From assembly GCA_965655095.1 (NCBI GenBank), contig OZ296648.1, positions 95,852,001 to 95,916,000 of the forward strand: DNA of 64,000 nt, read 5' to 3'. The position numbers and the translations under genes are program-made. Position 1 is the stretch's first letter. Each line of letters starts with the position of its first letter. Source of the stretch: Haplodiscus bocki (taxonomy: Eukaryota). Below the pieces are notes generated by a model, which had not been told where the DNA came from, did no database searches, and saw only the letters and a program-made list of their open reading frames with translations. This document shows, in pieces, positions 13,673-26,700 of this stretch.

Positions 13673-13915
13673 ATTTTCTGGAAATATTCAAAGACAAATC
13701 ATCAACAACCCGAAAACATTCAAAGACTCTTTCGCCTGCAAATTTGTCTTAGCCGCAAATCATCAACAACCCGAAAATATTCAAAGACTTTTTCGCCTGC
13801 AAATTTGTCTTAGCCGCAAACCATCAACAACCCGAAAATATTCAAAGACTTTTTCGCCTGCAAAATTGTCTTAGCCGCAAAACATCAATTATATTCCGGA
13901 AATATTCAAAGACTT
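13330..13915 (+). repeat. ~59-60-bp tandem repeats inside LTR 1 (two arrays, ~13330-13490 and ~13681-13915)
   Basis: Units aaattattctaagacaacttcaaaacttgtcttagcc... and cccgaaaatattcaaagactttttcgcctgcaaatttgtcttagccgcaa... Confidence 0.85.
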
Positions 13916-13919
13916 TTTG

Positions 13920-14150
13920 GGCAATCAACAGCAGCCACCAGCAGCAGCAACCAAAAGCAGCAACCAGCAGCAGCAATCAACAGCAGCCACCAGGAGCAAC
14001 AATCAACAGCAGCAACCAGCAGCAGCAACCAGCAGCAGCAATCAACAGCAGCCACCAGCAGCAATAATCAACAGCAGCAACCAGCAGCAGCAATCAACAG
14101 CAGCCACCAGCAGCAGCAACCAACAGCAACAACCAACATCAACAACGACC
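13920..14150 (+). repeat. CAG/CAA-rich higher-order simple repeat within LTR 1
   Basis: Repeating agcagcaaccagcagcagcaatcaacagcagccacc. Confidence 0.9.
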
Positions 14151-17100
14151 ACCTCTCGTCCCAACAGCAGCACCTCCACAATCCACGACGACCTACGTGA
14201 GATACAATTACGGTTCCTAGCAGTGGCTACGTCCTGCTAGAAGTTGATTTAGGACTAGCCACCCGGTTGCGAGTGCATCTACCACCGTTACCGAGGCTCA
14301 TTTTTGTGACTTTTCGGTTTTTGTAAAACTCCGTTTTTGTGATTTTTTCTTTTTTTGCTAAGACGTAGTACTAACTATTAACCTGTAAAAGTAAAACTTC
14401 ATTATTCACGACCTATTGGCAGTCCCTATGACGTATGCCTTGGTCGCAGATAAAAGAGAATAAAAGTTTATTACTGGTTTCCCGTGGGTCCGGACTGTTA
14501 ATCGGCAGGGACTAAAACACCAGTTTAAGATTACGACACTATTTGGGAGTCATTTTTTATACTAAGAGTAGTTTAAAATGCATGTAATGTAAAATGCATG
14601 TAAATTGAACCCCCTTTCCCTACAGTTTGGCCTATCCAGCTTGGGACTAAAACAGGGGCTAGTCTTTTTTAACCCGTTACCCTAGCCTATCTAGTGAGAA
14701 ACGTGGTTTAGCTAAACGTAAAATAAAACGTAAAATGGCGGGCTAAAAAAACCGACCATAGGTAAGCCGGGACTTGTTCGCCACCCGCACTGGTCGGAAA
14801 AGTAAAATGGTTTATGTGAAACTTTTTGTCCTATTATCAGGCAGTGGATGTGGATATGGAATAACTTATAATTTTGATGTTTTAAAAATTTATTTATAAC
14901 ATTAATTTTATTGGGACTAAATTTGAATAGTCCAAGAGTGTATTTGTGATGATTCATTTATAATTCAATTGGACTGAATTCAGCGAGTCCAATTTTTATT
15001 CATAATTTCTTAAATCCTAAATTAAATTTAATTCAATAAATTTGACTTTTATATTTAATTTCATAATTTCAATTCAGATTAAATTAAAGTAGTCTGAATT
15101 GGTGGATGTTGATTGCAATTTTGTAATTTTAATTCAGACTAAATTGAAGTGGTCTGGATTATTTATTATTCTATTCTCAAGTAACATTAATTAATCGTTA
15201 ATAAATTGTGACTCCCTCCCCACGTTACCCGTCGTTTAATCCTCTGACTTCTTGTTAAATGATTGCTGTCCACGGTTTAGTTAAAGTTGATTAATTGATG
15301 AATAAAAATTTTAAATAAATGGTTTTGAGGCTAATGCTGGAGTTAAAGTAACGGAGGAGAAGAATTGACTAAACAGTGTAGCGTTAAAGACCATATGGTG
15401 AATTTCCCTGTGCTATCCCACGGTTACAGCTTAGTAAATTTCTCCAGCGAACGTGCAGCCATTCAAATTCAGAAATTTGGTAAATCGGAATACGTTCGCT
15501 GACAATCTAACTCTCTTTCTTACCATTCCCCACTATAGCTCAAAGTCCTTGCTTGAATTCACGCAATCCCTTTGTTCGCACGGTTAAGCAAGGCACACTG
15601 TTGAGACTTGTAAATATTAGCCGTCGCTATAACGCTGCAGTGCTGGCCGAGTTAACTGCCAGCATAGCTAAGTAAATAATAGACCTTCAATACCCCTACC
15701 ACGTGCGACACTCCGACAAAATCAAAACTCCCAGGAAGGAGCAAGCAGTGATAAAAATATTAACACGAGACTGCTGGTACAATCAACTCCTACTGAGTGG
15801 AGATCGGTAATGTCCGACAATAGCTCCATGAACATTGCGTCACAAACAATAGTACTACAAAGTACCTCTGACAGTAATTTTAAAGTTTATCATTTTGAAA
15901 TACTCTACTAACTGGGTTTGATGGACTTTTTTGTTTGTAACTTACTTTCATGTTAATTTCCTTGTGATAGCAATATATTTGAGCCGTGGCCAGGTTCAGA
16001 TCGCCATCTCAACGACAACCAGTTATACCTCAGGTTGTTGCACATTTTCCTTAACATCGAGTCGTGAACGGCCAACGTGGGCGCTGCATTTAAATATTTG
16101 TAATTGTGCCCTAAGATGTTTTGAACAATCGCGATGTTTTGGAGAACCAAATTATCAAATGTGGAGGGAGCTATCACAATTTTTTGTCGATAAGAAAATT
16201 GTCTCAGTATTAAAGAAATTTGCAGGGCTTCTTTTGAACGTTATGTAACGGCTGCATACAACACTCGTTTCTAGTTTCCTATACTTTACACCTGTCTGTC
16301 AGATTGATTTGGAAAAGACGCTCTGATTAAATAGGTCCACATGGCTATTTCCAAAAATCCAAAAATAATTTTCCAGAACTCAAATAATTTGTCTACTTTG
16401 AATTTCCAGTAGTCTTGACTGAAAATCTTTTTGATTGCAAGCTTCAAAACGCCAGACAATAAAAAAAAGTTTGATCAAATGTTCGAACTTCGGTTCAACT
16501 TAACTCAACTGGGTCGAGTTGTTTCTGCAATTTGATACAATCAGTGTTGGTACAGCAAACACAGATTTTAAACTATCAAAATGATGTATTCAGCGTGAAA
16601 AAAAGTTGTGTAGTCTCAGCGAAGATCAATATCAGTTTTCAACCACCACAAACGTACGTGTAAATGAAAGTATATCCCAATAAAAGAATACCCGGGTTGA
16701 ACTTTTTTGGTGAAACTCCCGGCATTGTACCAAAATTGCCCATATTTCCTCCCATGCAGCTGTCATCATTCTAAGAGTAGCCGATGCGCTCTAATCAGAC
16801 TGCATTTTTGGAGAAAAATGATTTTCAGCGGATTTTGGCCGAGAACCAACGGTAATATCTTAGAAGAAACGACGCTAAAATATAATTATGCGGTCCAAAT
16901 GTCAGGTTTGAAGATACTCTCTCGGAACAATCTCCGAGTTTTGACTATATAACGTCAGTGGACATGATGTACTTTCCAAACTCTTATACAACAAATGTGG
17001 TGACAAATTTGCGTCTCGAAGCAAGCAGAATGCAATTATTGCTTGAAAAATTGTCATCAGAATGTTGTATATATGTTATTTTGTGAACTGAACGGATTTG

Positions 17101-18830
17101 TTCATAGAAAAATGAATATCACAAAATTCCATTATTAAACTTCTCTTCTGATTTTCAACCTCCGGAAAAAGGTATAGTTGCTAGGTTCGGCCCAGGAACG
17201 CATTATCCATGCCGGAAAGACTTTTGAAAAAATAATTAAATCAATATAAGAAAGCGTGCCAACGGCGAAATTTTGCAACGAAAGTCCGGTATCAGCCTAT
17301 CAGCCGCTTTTTTCCAGGAAACCATTGTATCCACCACTATTTGCAACGAGTTATGGAACACTTTCCTTTTTCCTCCACCTGTGCGCTTTCATTCCAAAAA
17401 AAATTTGGTCAAAAGTTGGACCCCGATACAAATGACATTCAAAAAATGTCCAACAATCTTTCTACTTATTCTCTAAATATTCAGAATATTGAGAAATTGT
17501 TTTGACTCGAGCCAAATGCTCAAAATTTCAAAGCACATGATTGCATGGTTGAAGGGGGTAAAGTGCACAGGAAAAATAAACCACGCCAACTAACACTGAA
17601 TATGTTGAATAAATCTGCAAAAAAATCAGTTTCTGCAATATTAGGACTTCATTGACCAAGTGGTTCAATGTGTAAATTATTGTATCTTTGAAGCACCATT
17701 TGAAAACATGCGACTCGATTCAACCCCCAGACTAAATTTAAGTCTGAAAAACCTCCTGCGGAATTATTGCCATTTCATCAGAAATCTACGGCAGAGTTCT
17801 ACAAACTTATGTCAAAAACTTTTAAATTATTAGATTCTTACAGACTGATGCGAAAACTATGAAGCCCGAAGATTCTCACACAAATTGTTTTTGCTTACAA
17901 CATTCTCGTCGACAAGTTTATTTTTTTTAACATTCATACACAATGTGATTCTTGCGGTAACTCGTTTAGACACTGAGTTTCTTACAAAAGCCTTGCAAGA
18001 TTCCTGAAAAAACTGATTGCTTGACGGAAACGTACAAGATTAACTGATCGTTGCAATGTTTCAAGTCTTCAAAAAATTTCAGTGAAAACCTTGGGCAGGC
18101 CCTAGCTGCAATATTTGGGTCGAAGGATTCTATTGCAAAACCTCAACATCCAACTATTTTAACGGAAAATCAGACATTTACGCACAGGTACATTTATATT
18201 GGTGTTCTTTCATGCCCTGCTCCAAAAGAACATTGCAACAACTAGCATAGAGCCTAATTTTTCAATCTATTTGTTATGCATCACAAGTTCCTAAAGCTGA
18301 GATTCTATTCCATTATAGTTGTATCTTATCTGCATCACACAAAATTTGGGCACGTATCTCAATGAAAGCAAGAAAAATGGGAATTGATTATGTCTGAAAG
18401 TGTCTACGTTGAGGGAATAGCGCTGCACCAAGTTTAAATCTTTTTTCTTGTAGATGCAATTGGGACCGCGATATGACCACCATAAATGAAATCAAAAGCA
18501 TATCTTTTAAGATTATTGCTAGAATCTTTTAGCATCTTGCAAGGTAACGCATAAACTCAGAACCCCCTTCAAATAAAAATTCATCACTCATAAAATGAGG
18601 CGCAAAGACACGGAAATGTTTTTGCTTGTCAGCAGCTACAACGTGAAAATACCAGGAAAAAACAGCAACAGGTAATCGATAGCTTGGCTAAAAGATTTGT
18701 CTGCTTGACGAGTTACAAAAAAATGAAATTACTTGGAACAAACTTCAACTTTTGTCGGTCAAAATTCATTAAGTTTTGCTATAGGTATAAAAAATCTTCA
18801 AATCACTGTTGAGCCTTTTTCCATTTCCAG

Positions 18831-19015
18831 AGTTGGCATCGATGTGAGAGACCTGGAATGATACATGTACCGCGGCGTAGCGGTAAATGATGAAAATAAT
18901 CGCCCGTACTGAGAGACCACTACAGTTCCTTGGTGGTCATGACAGTCGCGTGGGCCAATTGATGGTCTTGGTGATCCCATGGCACCCATCATTGGCCAAC
19001 AATGATCCATAGATG
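18831..19015 (+). CDS. Candidate internal exon (phase 2 to 1), open only if TGA is sense: VGIDVRDLE*YMYRGVAVNDENNRPY*ETTTVPWWS*QSRGPIDGLGDPMAPIIGQQ*SID
   Basis: Acceptor ttttccatttccag|, donor G|gtcagt; GC-rich segment matches these boundaries; TGA at 18859, 18910, 18940, 19003; the other two + frames hit TAA or TAG. Confidence 0.55.
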
Positions 19016-22000
19016 GTCAGTGAAAACTTTCAGGAAAAATTAGTTGAAATTGAATGGTGACATGTTCAGGTGAAGAATATCTCAAACGAAAGGAAAAAGA
19101 AGGACATTTTGCAGGAAGCAGGAGATATGATATTATAAAGTCAAAAACCCTTGATTGATGGCGACTTTTTTATCCCAGATATTTAATCAGACTTAATAAG
19201 GAGATTTTCCCGTCACAAATTATTAAATAACTCTAAAATTATCCTATTTCAGAGGTTGAAATTGATGATTTTTCTTATGAAATTTCATTTTAGCAAATTT
19301 AACTAAAACGAACAAGCGTAGATACTTTTCTGTAAATTTCGAACTAAAACTCATTCGGGCTCTACTACAGACCGGTTTTCTTTTGTAGTTTTTGCAAAAA
19401 CGCCAAAAGATGCTGTATTTTATGTAAATTTCTATGGTTTTTTGAGAGAAAACTTACTCAAAAAGTTCATTGTACCAAATAAATGTAAAGATTTTTGGCA
19501 GGATAGGAAAAGTGTAGGAACACAATGGAGCAAAATGCTTTGCACTATACTCATTACGAAAGCGAGAGGTGGCCTTGCAATTAACACTGTGCCTTCTTGA
19601 AGCGCGATTGCAATTATGGGAATTCTTGGGCTTTGATTTCGCATCGATAAAAATAATACATAAAACTGAAGTGACCAAAATGTCCAGTAAGATTTGATAA
19701 TAAACAAGTATGAAGCCTAAGAGGAAGCTTCTATTCAATAGCGGTGATTTGTTCATATCTAAAAGAAAACCTGGGACCATTATGAGCCGAGTCAAGTTTT
19801 GAAACACTGCGTAAAACTGCAAACAACACGTAAAAATTTTAACGTTAAAAAAGGTTAATTTTCTGTATAAAACTCTTCAGGCATAAAATTTGAAGCGTAG
19901 CAGCAACTCAAAGTTGCCCTCTATTTTTGTTGCATGGTCCTTGGGATACTGCTTCCCTTTAGTATAAAAAAAGCATGTCACGAAATTTTCGTTTGTTAAA
20001 AGAAATCCTAAAATTCGGGAAATTTCCGTTTTCAGTCGTTTTTGGTCAAAAAATTGCGTTAAAAAGTGACAGCCTTCATGTCTTTGCTTAGTTGCCTGTC
20101 GCTGAAACGTTAACCAAAGTAAAACTAGTGAAGACTTTTGGTGTCCTTACACGTGGTGAAAATAGCAGAAGACAAGTTGGCTTCGAAGTTCTCGGCACAA
20201 CCTCTTCAGCGAATTTTTTCGGCAGAACAAAAAAATGCTTTTGCACCGTCTAATTCTCAATACGTAGTGTATGGCACTGATGTTATCAAAGAAACTATTT
20301 GCCCTGAGTGTTTTCGGTCATAAATTCAGGTGATAGAATTCCAGCGAAAGAAAAATTAAGTGTTCAAAGTTTGGGATACGGTCAGTTATAAATTTGTTCC
20401 ACAGGTTTAAAAAAAACTAGAATGCTGCAAGTGATACGTTGGTATATAAAGTTTCAGAGCAAAAAATGCAGAATGCATGACGCCAATATGGACAAGAAAA
20501 AACAAAGCGCAAGGAATATTCTGCGCTCGGTTTCGAGTCCAACGATTAAAAAGTTGAACAAATTGAACCCTAGTATCTTTTACTTGCTCCTTAGTGATAT
20601 ACAAAACCTGGCGGCTGCACATCCTTAAAAACAACTAGTTGATACATTCCGCAAAAACACAGTGTGTTGCCCGAGGCGTTCTCAGTTGAACGAACCAAAT
20701 TGAATTTTGAACATAACCTAGCCAAACCAAGGCTTCTTTGCGCTTCAAAAATGAACTGGATCCGAATGGTTTTATCCTTCCAGATGATTTAGAGTGGTTA
20801 AGGCCGAAGTTTTTGTAACAGATATGTTTTGGGTTTGACCGAAATCTCTTTGACCTTTCGCCCCCTCTTCCATGCAATAATTACCCTCAAAGAATTTTTT
20901 GGGCTTTGAAAAACTTTTCGGATAAAAACTTGTGAAGAACCAAAAATGAAAAAAGGTGTCAGCTCGGACGGAGAGATAGGCTAGCACGTGAAATCTTGCG
21001 AAGAGATGCAAAATTTTACATTTTTTCCTGGAGTTTCGAAAAACTATCGGACAGTCCAACAATTCAAATTTCATTGAATTTTTGATAGTGGTGCCGTGTC
21101 GCCAACACTGCTGCAGCAGAGCACCTTTTGCAGCCTATAAAATACTTAAAGTTACGTATTTACCAGAGAAACGAAGTTTTTTTTTGATTTTTGTGATCAA
21201 ATTGCCTTGTCGGAAAAAAATCAAAAACTGGGCAAGAAATTTCGATAATGTAGGTCCAAAATTGTAAAAGCAAGACCTAGTTTCCAGCTTCTAAAAGACT
21301 TGAATTAGTTCAAATTCGTAAAAATCCTCTATTGTTCGACATTTTTTGCAATTATCAACGCGCCGGAAAAATTCTTATGATGACCTCGTTTTGAATCCGA
21401 AAAAAAATGAAAGGTCTGCGGTCAATAGGATCAAAGTAAAAAATTGAAAAAAAATTGCGGGGCAGATGTGATGAAACATGAGAAAAACTAATGAGACATA
21501 GTCCTGAAAGTGTGCATTGCAAAGGTCGCGGAAAGCAACAGCCAATACAACAATGAAAACAGCTCAAAAAAAGCTTTGCCTCAAGCAATAGATCAAGCTG
21601 TGATCTGAAACGAAAGTATAAAATGAAAGCTTGATTAGAGAAATGCCAATGAATCAGATTCCTGAAAATAATTTAGCTCATTGTTCAGCCCTAGCTGGAA
21701 AGCCACAACTTAGTTGGTGCAACCACAGTGCTTGCTTTATCGCATGTCTGGCTGTTAGCAAAAATAACCCTGATATCTCTGCTTAACAGTTTCTCAGTTA
21801 TCGAAAGTTTAAAAGAGACAAGGAACAAAAAAAAATAGTTTTTCAGTCAAAATTTTTGCTAAAAATCCTGAAAAAAATAATGACGTTTCAAGCTAACCAT
21901 CACAGTGTCTTCGCGACGATTAAGGAAGTAGCGCACACAAAACGCAATTTTTAAAAACTCGAATGAAACTAGTGCGTGTGAAACAATTCCTATTGCTTGT

Positions 22001-22151
22001 CTAAATAGGAAATTTTAATGAATTGAAATTTTCAACAAAAAAAATGAGGAACCGAACGATTGCCATCGGGTGAAGATTAGAGTTCACAAACTTTGTAAGC
22101 TTGAAGTTTTGAAGAAATAGCCCTGAGAGGGCAAGCAGACCTGTTCCTCAG

Positions 22152-22299
22152 ATCATAAGTATATATCTGACTATCGCTGAACCAATGACACCCAGGAAAA
22201 AAGTGTCACGAGTCAGCGATGGCCAGTTTTGATAGGATCGTCCATGGACATGAATGTTCCCAGATGGAGTTTCAGCAAAACAACCCTTTTTCTCACCTT
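22152..22299 (+). CDS. Candidate internal exon (phase 1 to 2): (D)HKYISDYR*TNDTQEKSVTSQRWPVLIGSSMDMNVPRWSFSKTTLFLT
   Basis: Acceptor ctgttcctcag|, donor TT|gtgagt; phase matches 18831-19015; one TGA at 22178; other frames hit TAA or TAG. Confidence 0.55.
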
Positions 22300-23574
22300 G
22301 TGAGTTTATAACCTTTTAATTCTGTGTTAAAATACTGTTCGTTAATGAATAAGTTGAGAGAAATGGTCAAACAAGACGATTTGTTAACACTCGCCATGAC
22401 ATGATCAAGGCTATTTTTTGTCAAGTTAGACACGGTTGTCATGAGACAAGGTGCTATCATGCAACATGCCCTGCTTAATCTGTCAAATATAACTTGCAAA
22501 ATTCTTCTCACAACAAATGCAAGAATCTTGGAAGATTCTTGAAAGAGACTTCTGATATGTTACATTTTCTTGCAAGAAATGTGTGCTAAGTAGAGCAGAC
22601 ATTTTCTTGCAAAATTTCTTCAAAGAAATTGCAATATTTATCTGTGTTTGCTAGATAATTGGAGGATCATCTATGGCTACTCATCATTGAAAATATTATC
22701 ATTAAAGTTTTTCTGTTTTTTTTCTGCCCTGTACAAAAGTCAGAAAGCTTGGTCGAGTAAAATATGGAATGTGATTCACAAGTTTTTTTTCAAAGTCGCA
22801 CATGTGAAAAACTATGTGCCTGATTTTCTCTATTTGAAAACACTGTTTTTGAAATCTCAACCATTTGTCATAATTTTGAATTTAAGTAATTAATTTAGCA
22901 ATTCAAAGTTACCTACGATAGTTTTGAAAATCTTCCCTTATTGGCACATTTAGCACTTAGACATTAATTAAAAGGCGATAGGGAACGCAGGTGACGGACG
23001 ACCTTCAATGAAGTCTCATTTGAGGCGAGGGTTGGGTGAATTTTTTGTTTTGATGGGGGAACAAACAAACGTTTGCGAGCTGAATGACAACTGGCAGTTT
23101 TGAGGCAGTATAGTTAGAACTTTGCTGTCAAATTAGAATGGAAACTAGGAAATGTTAGCGGAATTTTGGAACGAATGTCGCAATTATTTATCTGAAAGAG
23201 ATAAACAGGCAATTCGATGCAGCTCTTGGGTAACGACAGTTGTATAAATTAATGAATGTTCAGTGAGACCCAGAGTGGGATTTATCCCTAAGGCGTGCTT
23301 AAGAATTCCGCTTAGGAAGCGAGTAAACAAGATAGGGAATCATCAACGGTGACAGAAGTGACAGTTGGATGCACGCTCCTGCCAGAAATACCTGGTGGGG
23401 ATGAAGATTGAAGACAACACTATCAACCACAAATTGATGCTTGCATATCGATACCATTTGATTTAATTAAAGCGTCACATTTCTGAAAAAAAATTATATG
23501 ACTCGATCTTAAAAAGTGACGCACTCTTTTCTCAAAATATTTTGCGAAAAGCCTTAATTCCGGAAATTTCCTAG

Positions 23575-23860
23575 TGTTTTAGATATTGGCAGGCTTTCCA
23601 TGATCGTGCATGATTCTTTCATTGTCCAGATGCATGGTGCATGACAGTCTTGGTAAGATATCGTCACTATCTTGTCAAGGTAATAGCAAGGCTGTTACGC
23701 AAACCTAAGTTTAGCCGCCATGCCAATATGGATTATCTTGTGAGCCTTGAAAGATCCACGGAAAAACACGGGTGGTTTGTCATGATCGCGCATGATCATG
23801 CTTGCTTGTCAAGGTCTTCCCAAGATAATGGTAAGGTCTTGAAAACTCTGTTATGATCCG
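23575..23860. repeat. MITE-like repeat rich in CATGA/TCATG and CTTG/CAAG motifs (related patches ~22340-22640, ~41925-42160, ~54115-54150)
   Basis: Recurrent short inverted motifs (catgatc, tcttgcaaga) at several dispersed sites; boundaries approximate. Confidence 0.45.
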
Positions 23861-24544
23861 TTTTGCAGGCCTCCTAACCATTAATTTTAGAAACTATATT
23901 CTTTGAGAAAAAATGACTGTGATTAGAATTCGAGAAAATTCACTGATTCAAGAATTGTTTTTCAATTCCAAAATAGTTAGCACTGAGAAGAATATTTCAC
24001 ACCAACATCCAATCACTCTGTTACATTTCTTCAAATCTCTGGAGAGAAGTGAACTTACAAAAATCAATTTGTAAGGGAAAACTTGCAGCCAACACGACTT
24101 TCGGGAGTTAAAAAATTCGAAATTCCTGTAACTGAAAACTCCAGACGAAGATAACTACATGACGTGAAGAAACCAAGCAGAAGACCAGGGATCATGGAAA
24201 ATCCCCGACGCCCTGCATGATACCTCAGTTTTACACTCAAATTTCCGCGTGGGTGGGGACCTGCAGGCTCGGGATTCCACTGCCAATTGGGGTGTAAAAC
24301 CAGTTACTCAGAATAAATCGTTAATCTAAAGCCAGACACAGCTCGTAAAATGTTGCCTCTCTAAGTGATACAGAAAACCTCAAGGTTTTCCATTCAGGAA
24401 AAGAGAAACTAAAGGTAATTCAAAATTCCCAGTTCAAATTAACCCGATATTAGATATAAACAAGCAAAGTTTAAACTTTTCGATGATCTCACATCTCTGC
24501 TGTGTTTTGTTTACTATCGTTCAACTATCAATCATCTTGTTGTT

Positions 24545-26700
24545 CTATGGTGCTTTGGGTGACACTAGAGTCAGAATGCTCTTAGTGCTGCCAAGCATAT
24601 TATTCGAGCGTGATCTAGGTTCTTTCAACAATTTAAGATCATCCACGAGAAACAGTCGACGAAACGTTTTGACGTCCCTTCTTCTCGATAATACCACTCC
24701 TCGGCTTTGCTCAACTTTTTCCTCGATCCAGAGGAATTGAAGCGCCTGAAGCAATTTTCTCAATGCGGTGAGGTTAGTTAATCAAATTACGTCTCATTGA
24801 GGCAGGTTATGAAAGTTGGTGTCAAACCAGCTGTGTTCCCGAAGCACCATCAGACTAGGTGCTTCGGGAATATAGGTGCACAGTAGTCCAACAGGTGTTG
24901 ATTCTATCCACCAAAATTATTGCTGTCTCTTCCTAAAATCGATAACCGGGAAATCGGTTTCGTTTAACTGCAATTCTATCATTGGTCTTTTCAGCTTATT
25001 GCGATTAATCCAACATCCTTCATTCTTAGGCGAAACATCGTCTCCAGCATTCACCTTTGAAGATGAAATCCTCACAAAAAAAACACGATTGTGGCTTTCA
25101 TCATTTCAGATATTTGTCTCATAGTTACAGGGACTGCCACCATTATGCTCAGTTGCACTCTGAGAATGCCGGTTTTTTCATAGCAAAAAAATGTTTTCTG
25201 GTCCGGCCTTATCAAACGTTCAGTGAATCAATTCTCTGTTCCATTGATAATGATGGATTCATAGCTTACGAAGCCGTGGAGCGACCAAAGATTTGTTTTC
25301 TTTCTCCTCCGAATAAGCCATTTGTTTCATGAGATGGCTCGTTTTTTGCTCAGCTTGCATGGGACAGCAATTTGTTCCATAGCTCTGTTGACAAAAGTGC
25401 AGGAAGATCTTCCGGAAATTCGAACTTCTGGGTATTTTCATGGGTAGCGTTCGAACATTATCAAATGCACTAAATTATACCAATGATTGTAAAACTTCCA
25501 AGCGCACTAGTTTTGATTTGGTAATAATGATTGTGATCATTACCCAGACACTCGACTCTACGTCGATATTTTCTCCTATAGATCCAGCCATCTGATAAAT
25601 GTCCAGTGATTTTTCTCGGCTGGAAGGAATTAAGCAGGTTGTGGAGCACCTCGTGTCAGCTTCTGGCTCAATTTTGACGTTTAAAATTTGGAAAGGGACA
25701 GGAGTGTTTGATACATACTCTAGAATGGTACCATCTTGACACCATTCCTTCAATTTCACACAAGCCGTTTAGTCAGACTGTGTACCGCACTTCAACTCCA
25801 ATTCTTACTTCAATTTAGTTGATTGCATGTCAAAAAATTGGTAAATCAGTTGCGCTGTGAAACGGACTGTTTTAAGATGGTCTTCTGTTTCAGACTTTTG
25901 GCAGTTCTATGGTTTCTGCCAGTAGCGTGTTCACGGCAGATCTGGGCGATCTGGTAATGGTAGGATTCCTCCTCGAGCGTCCACAAATTGAGTCCTCTCC
26001 AAAATAGGAAACCAGGAAACCAAGGATCTCCATGGAAACAAATACTGATTCGATGAGCATGTTGATATCCTTCGGGACAACAAAAGAAGCATCACTTTGT
26101 CACTTTCGTGACGCTGGTGATCACCTTGCCACGAGGATGTACCCATGACTGAAAAGAGCGAAAGTTCATGATTGTAAGGGACTTCTCAATGAGCTGTTCT
26201 CGGTTCATTTTATGAACAAAGACTGAAAAGTCGGTAGTCGGTTTGTCTCAATCACCAAGTTGATTAATCATGGGTGACTTAAAAAGTTATGTTGTACGAG
26301 GGATTTATTGATGATGATGCAGATGTCCATGACGAGGAGTTGCTCAATTTCGTGTTCTCCATGATGCCAAGTTCCTCTTTCAAGAATGCATCTCTGTCTA
26401 TCAACTGAATTTCGTGAAAGTATGCTCTAGGGCGATGGCTCAGTTGTTTCAGCAGGAGTCCCCAATCTAACGTTTTGATCTCAATGGCCATCCTCAAGCC
26501 AATGAATTGATCGTTGCCAGAACTTACAGTGTTTTCCACGGACAAGAAGTTGTCCTGCGGCTCTTCTGGACAATCCTGAATGTCAGATGATCTAACCATT
26601 GGGTCCCTGAATGGAGTTGGTGAACGTTTCTAATGCCCGAGAGGCAGATGATCCCACTTTAACAAGGTCCTTGGTTTCCGATGACCTAAAGCTATGGTAG
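24545..26700 (-). mobile_element. Heavily decayed Ty3/Gypsy pol (RNase H to integrase)
   Basis: Minus-strand fragments in Gypsy order: LDWGLLLKQLSHRPRAYF...IDRDAF and QTDYRL (RNase H-like), CLIPSSREKSL (integrase N-terminus-like), KYPEV and IIINGTEN.F (core-like), WIEEKVEQSRG...RRLFLVDDLK (C-terminus-like). Confidence 0.6.

Larger units (their letters stand above)
12650..15710 (+). mobile_element. Solo LTR 1 (3061 bp), probably Ty3/Gypsy type
   Basis: Termini TGTCGC...GCGACA; 4-bp TSD CTCC (12646-12649, 15711-15714); internal TATA-containing promoter blocks, AATAAA near 14459 and tandem repeats; no pol. Confidence 0.85.

Noticed and set aside
13330-13915. CRISPR-like periodic repeats (also 55073-55196)
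   Set aside because: No unique spacers, no cas genes, and a eukaryotic context; these are plain tandem repeats.
13917-14240. Poly-Q/S/A ORF (107 aa)
   Set aside because: CAG-type simple repeat inside solo LTR 1; open only because the repeat lacks stops.
17318-17400. EHFPFSSTCALSF, Cys-loop-like peptide
   Set aside because: Wrong Cys spacing, no Asp after FP.x, and no suitable donor.
18798-19010. Minus-strand 70-aa ORF as the real coding frame
   Set aside because: No minus-strand splice sites at the GC boundaries, whereas the + strand has both. It remains a caveat, because this register can bias the opposite strand toward TGA.
24483-24740. Hydrophobic + ORF resembling GPCR TM5
   Set aside because: Largely antisense to the Gypsy integrase C-terminus; lacks P5.50, a good acceptor and a phase-0 donor.
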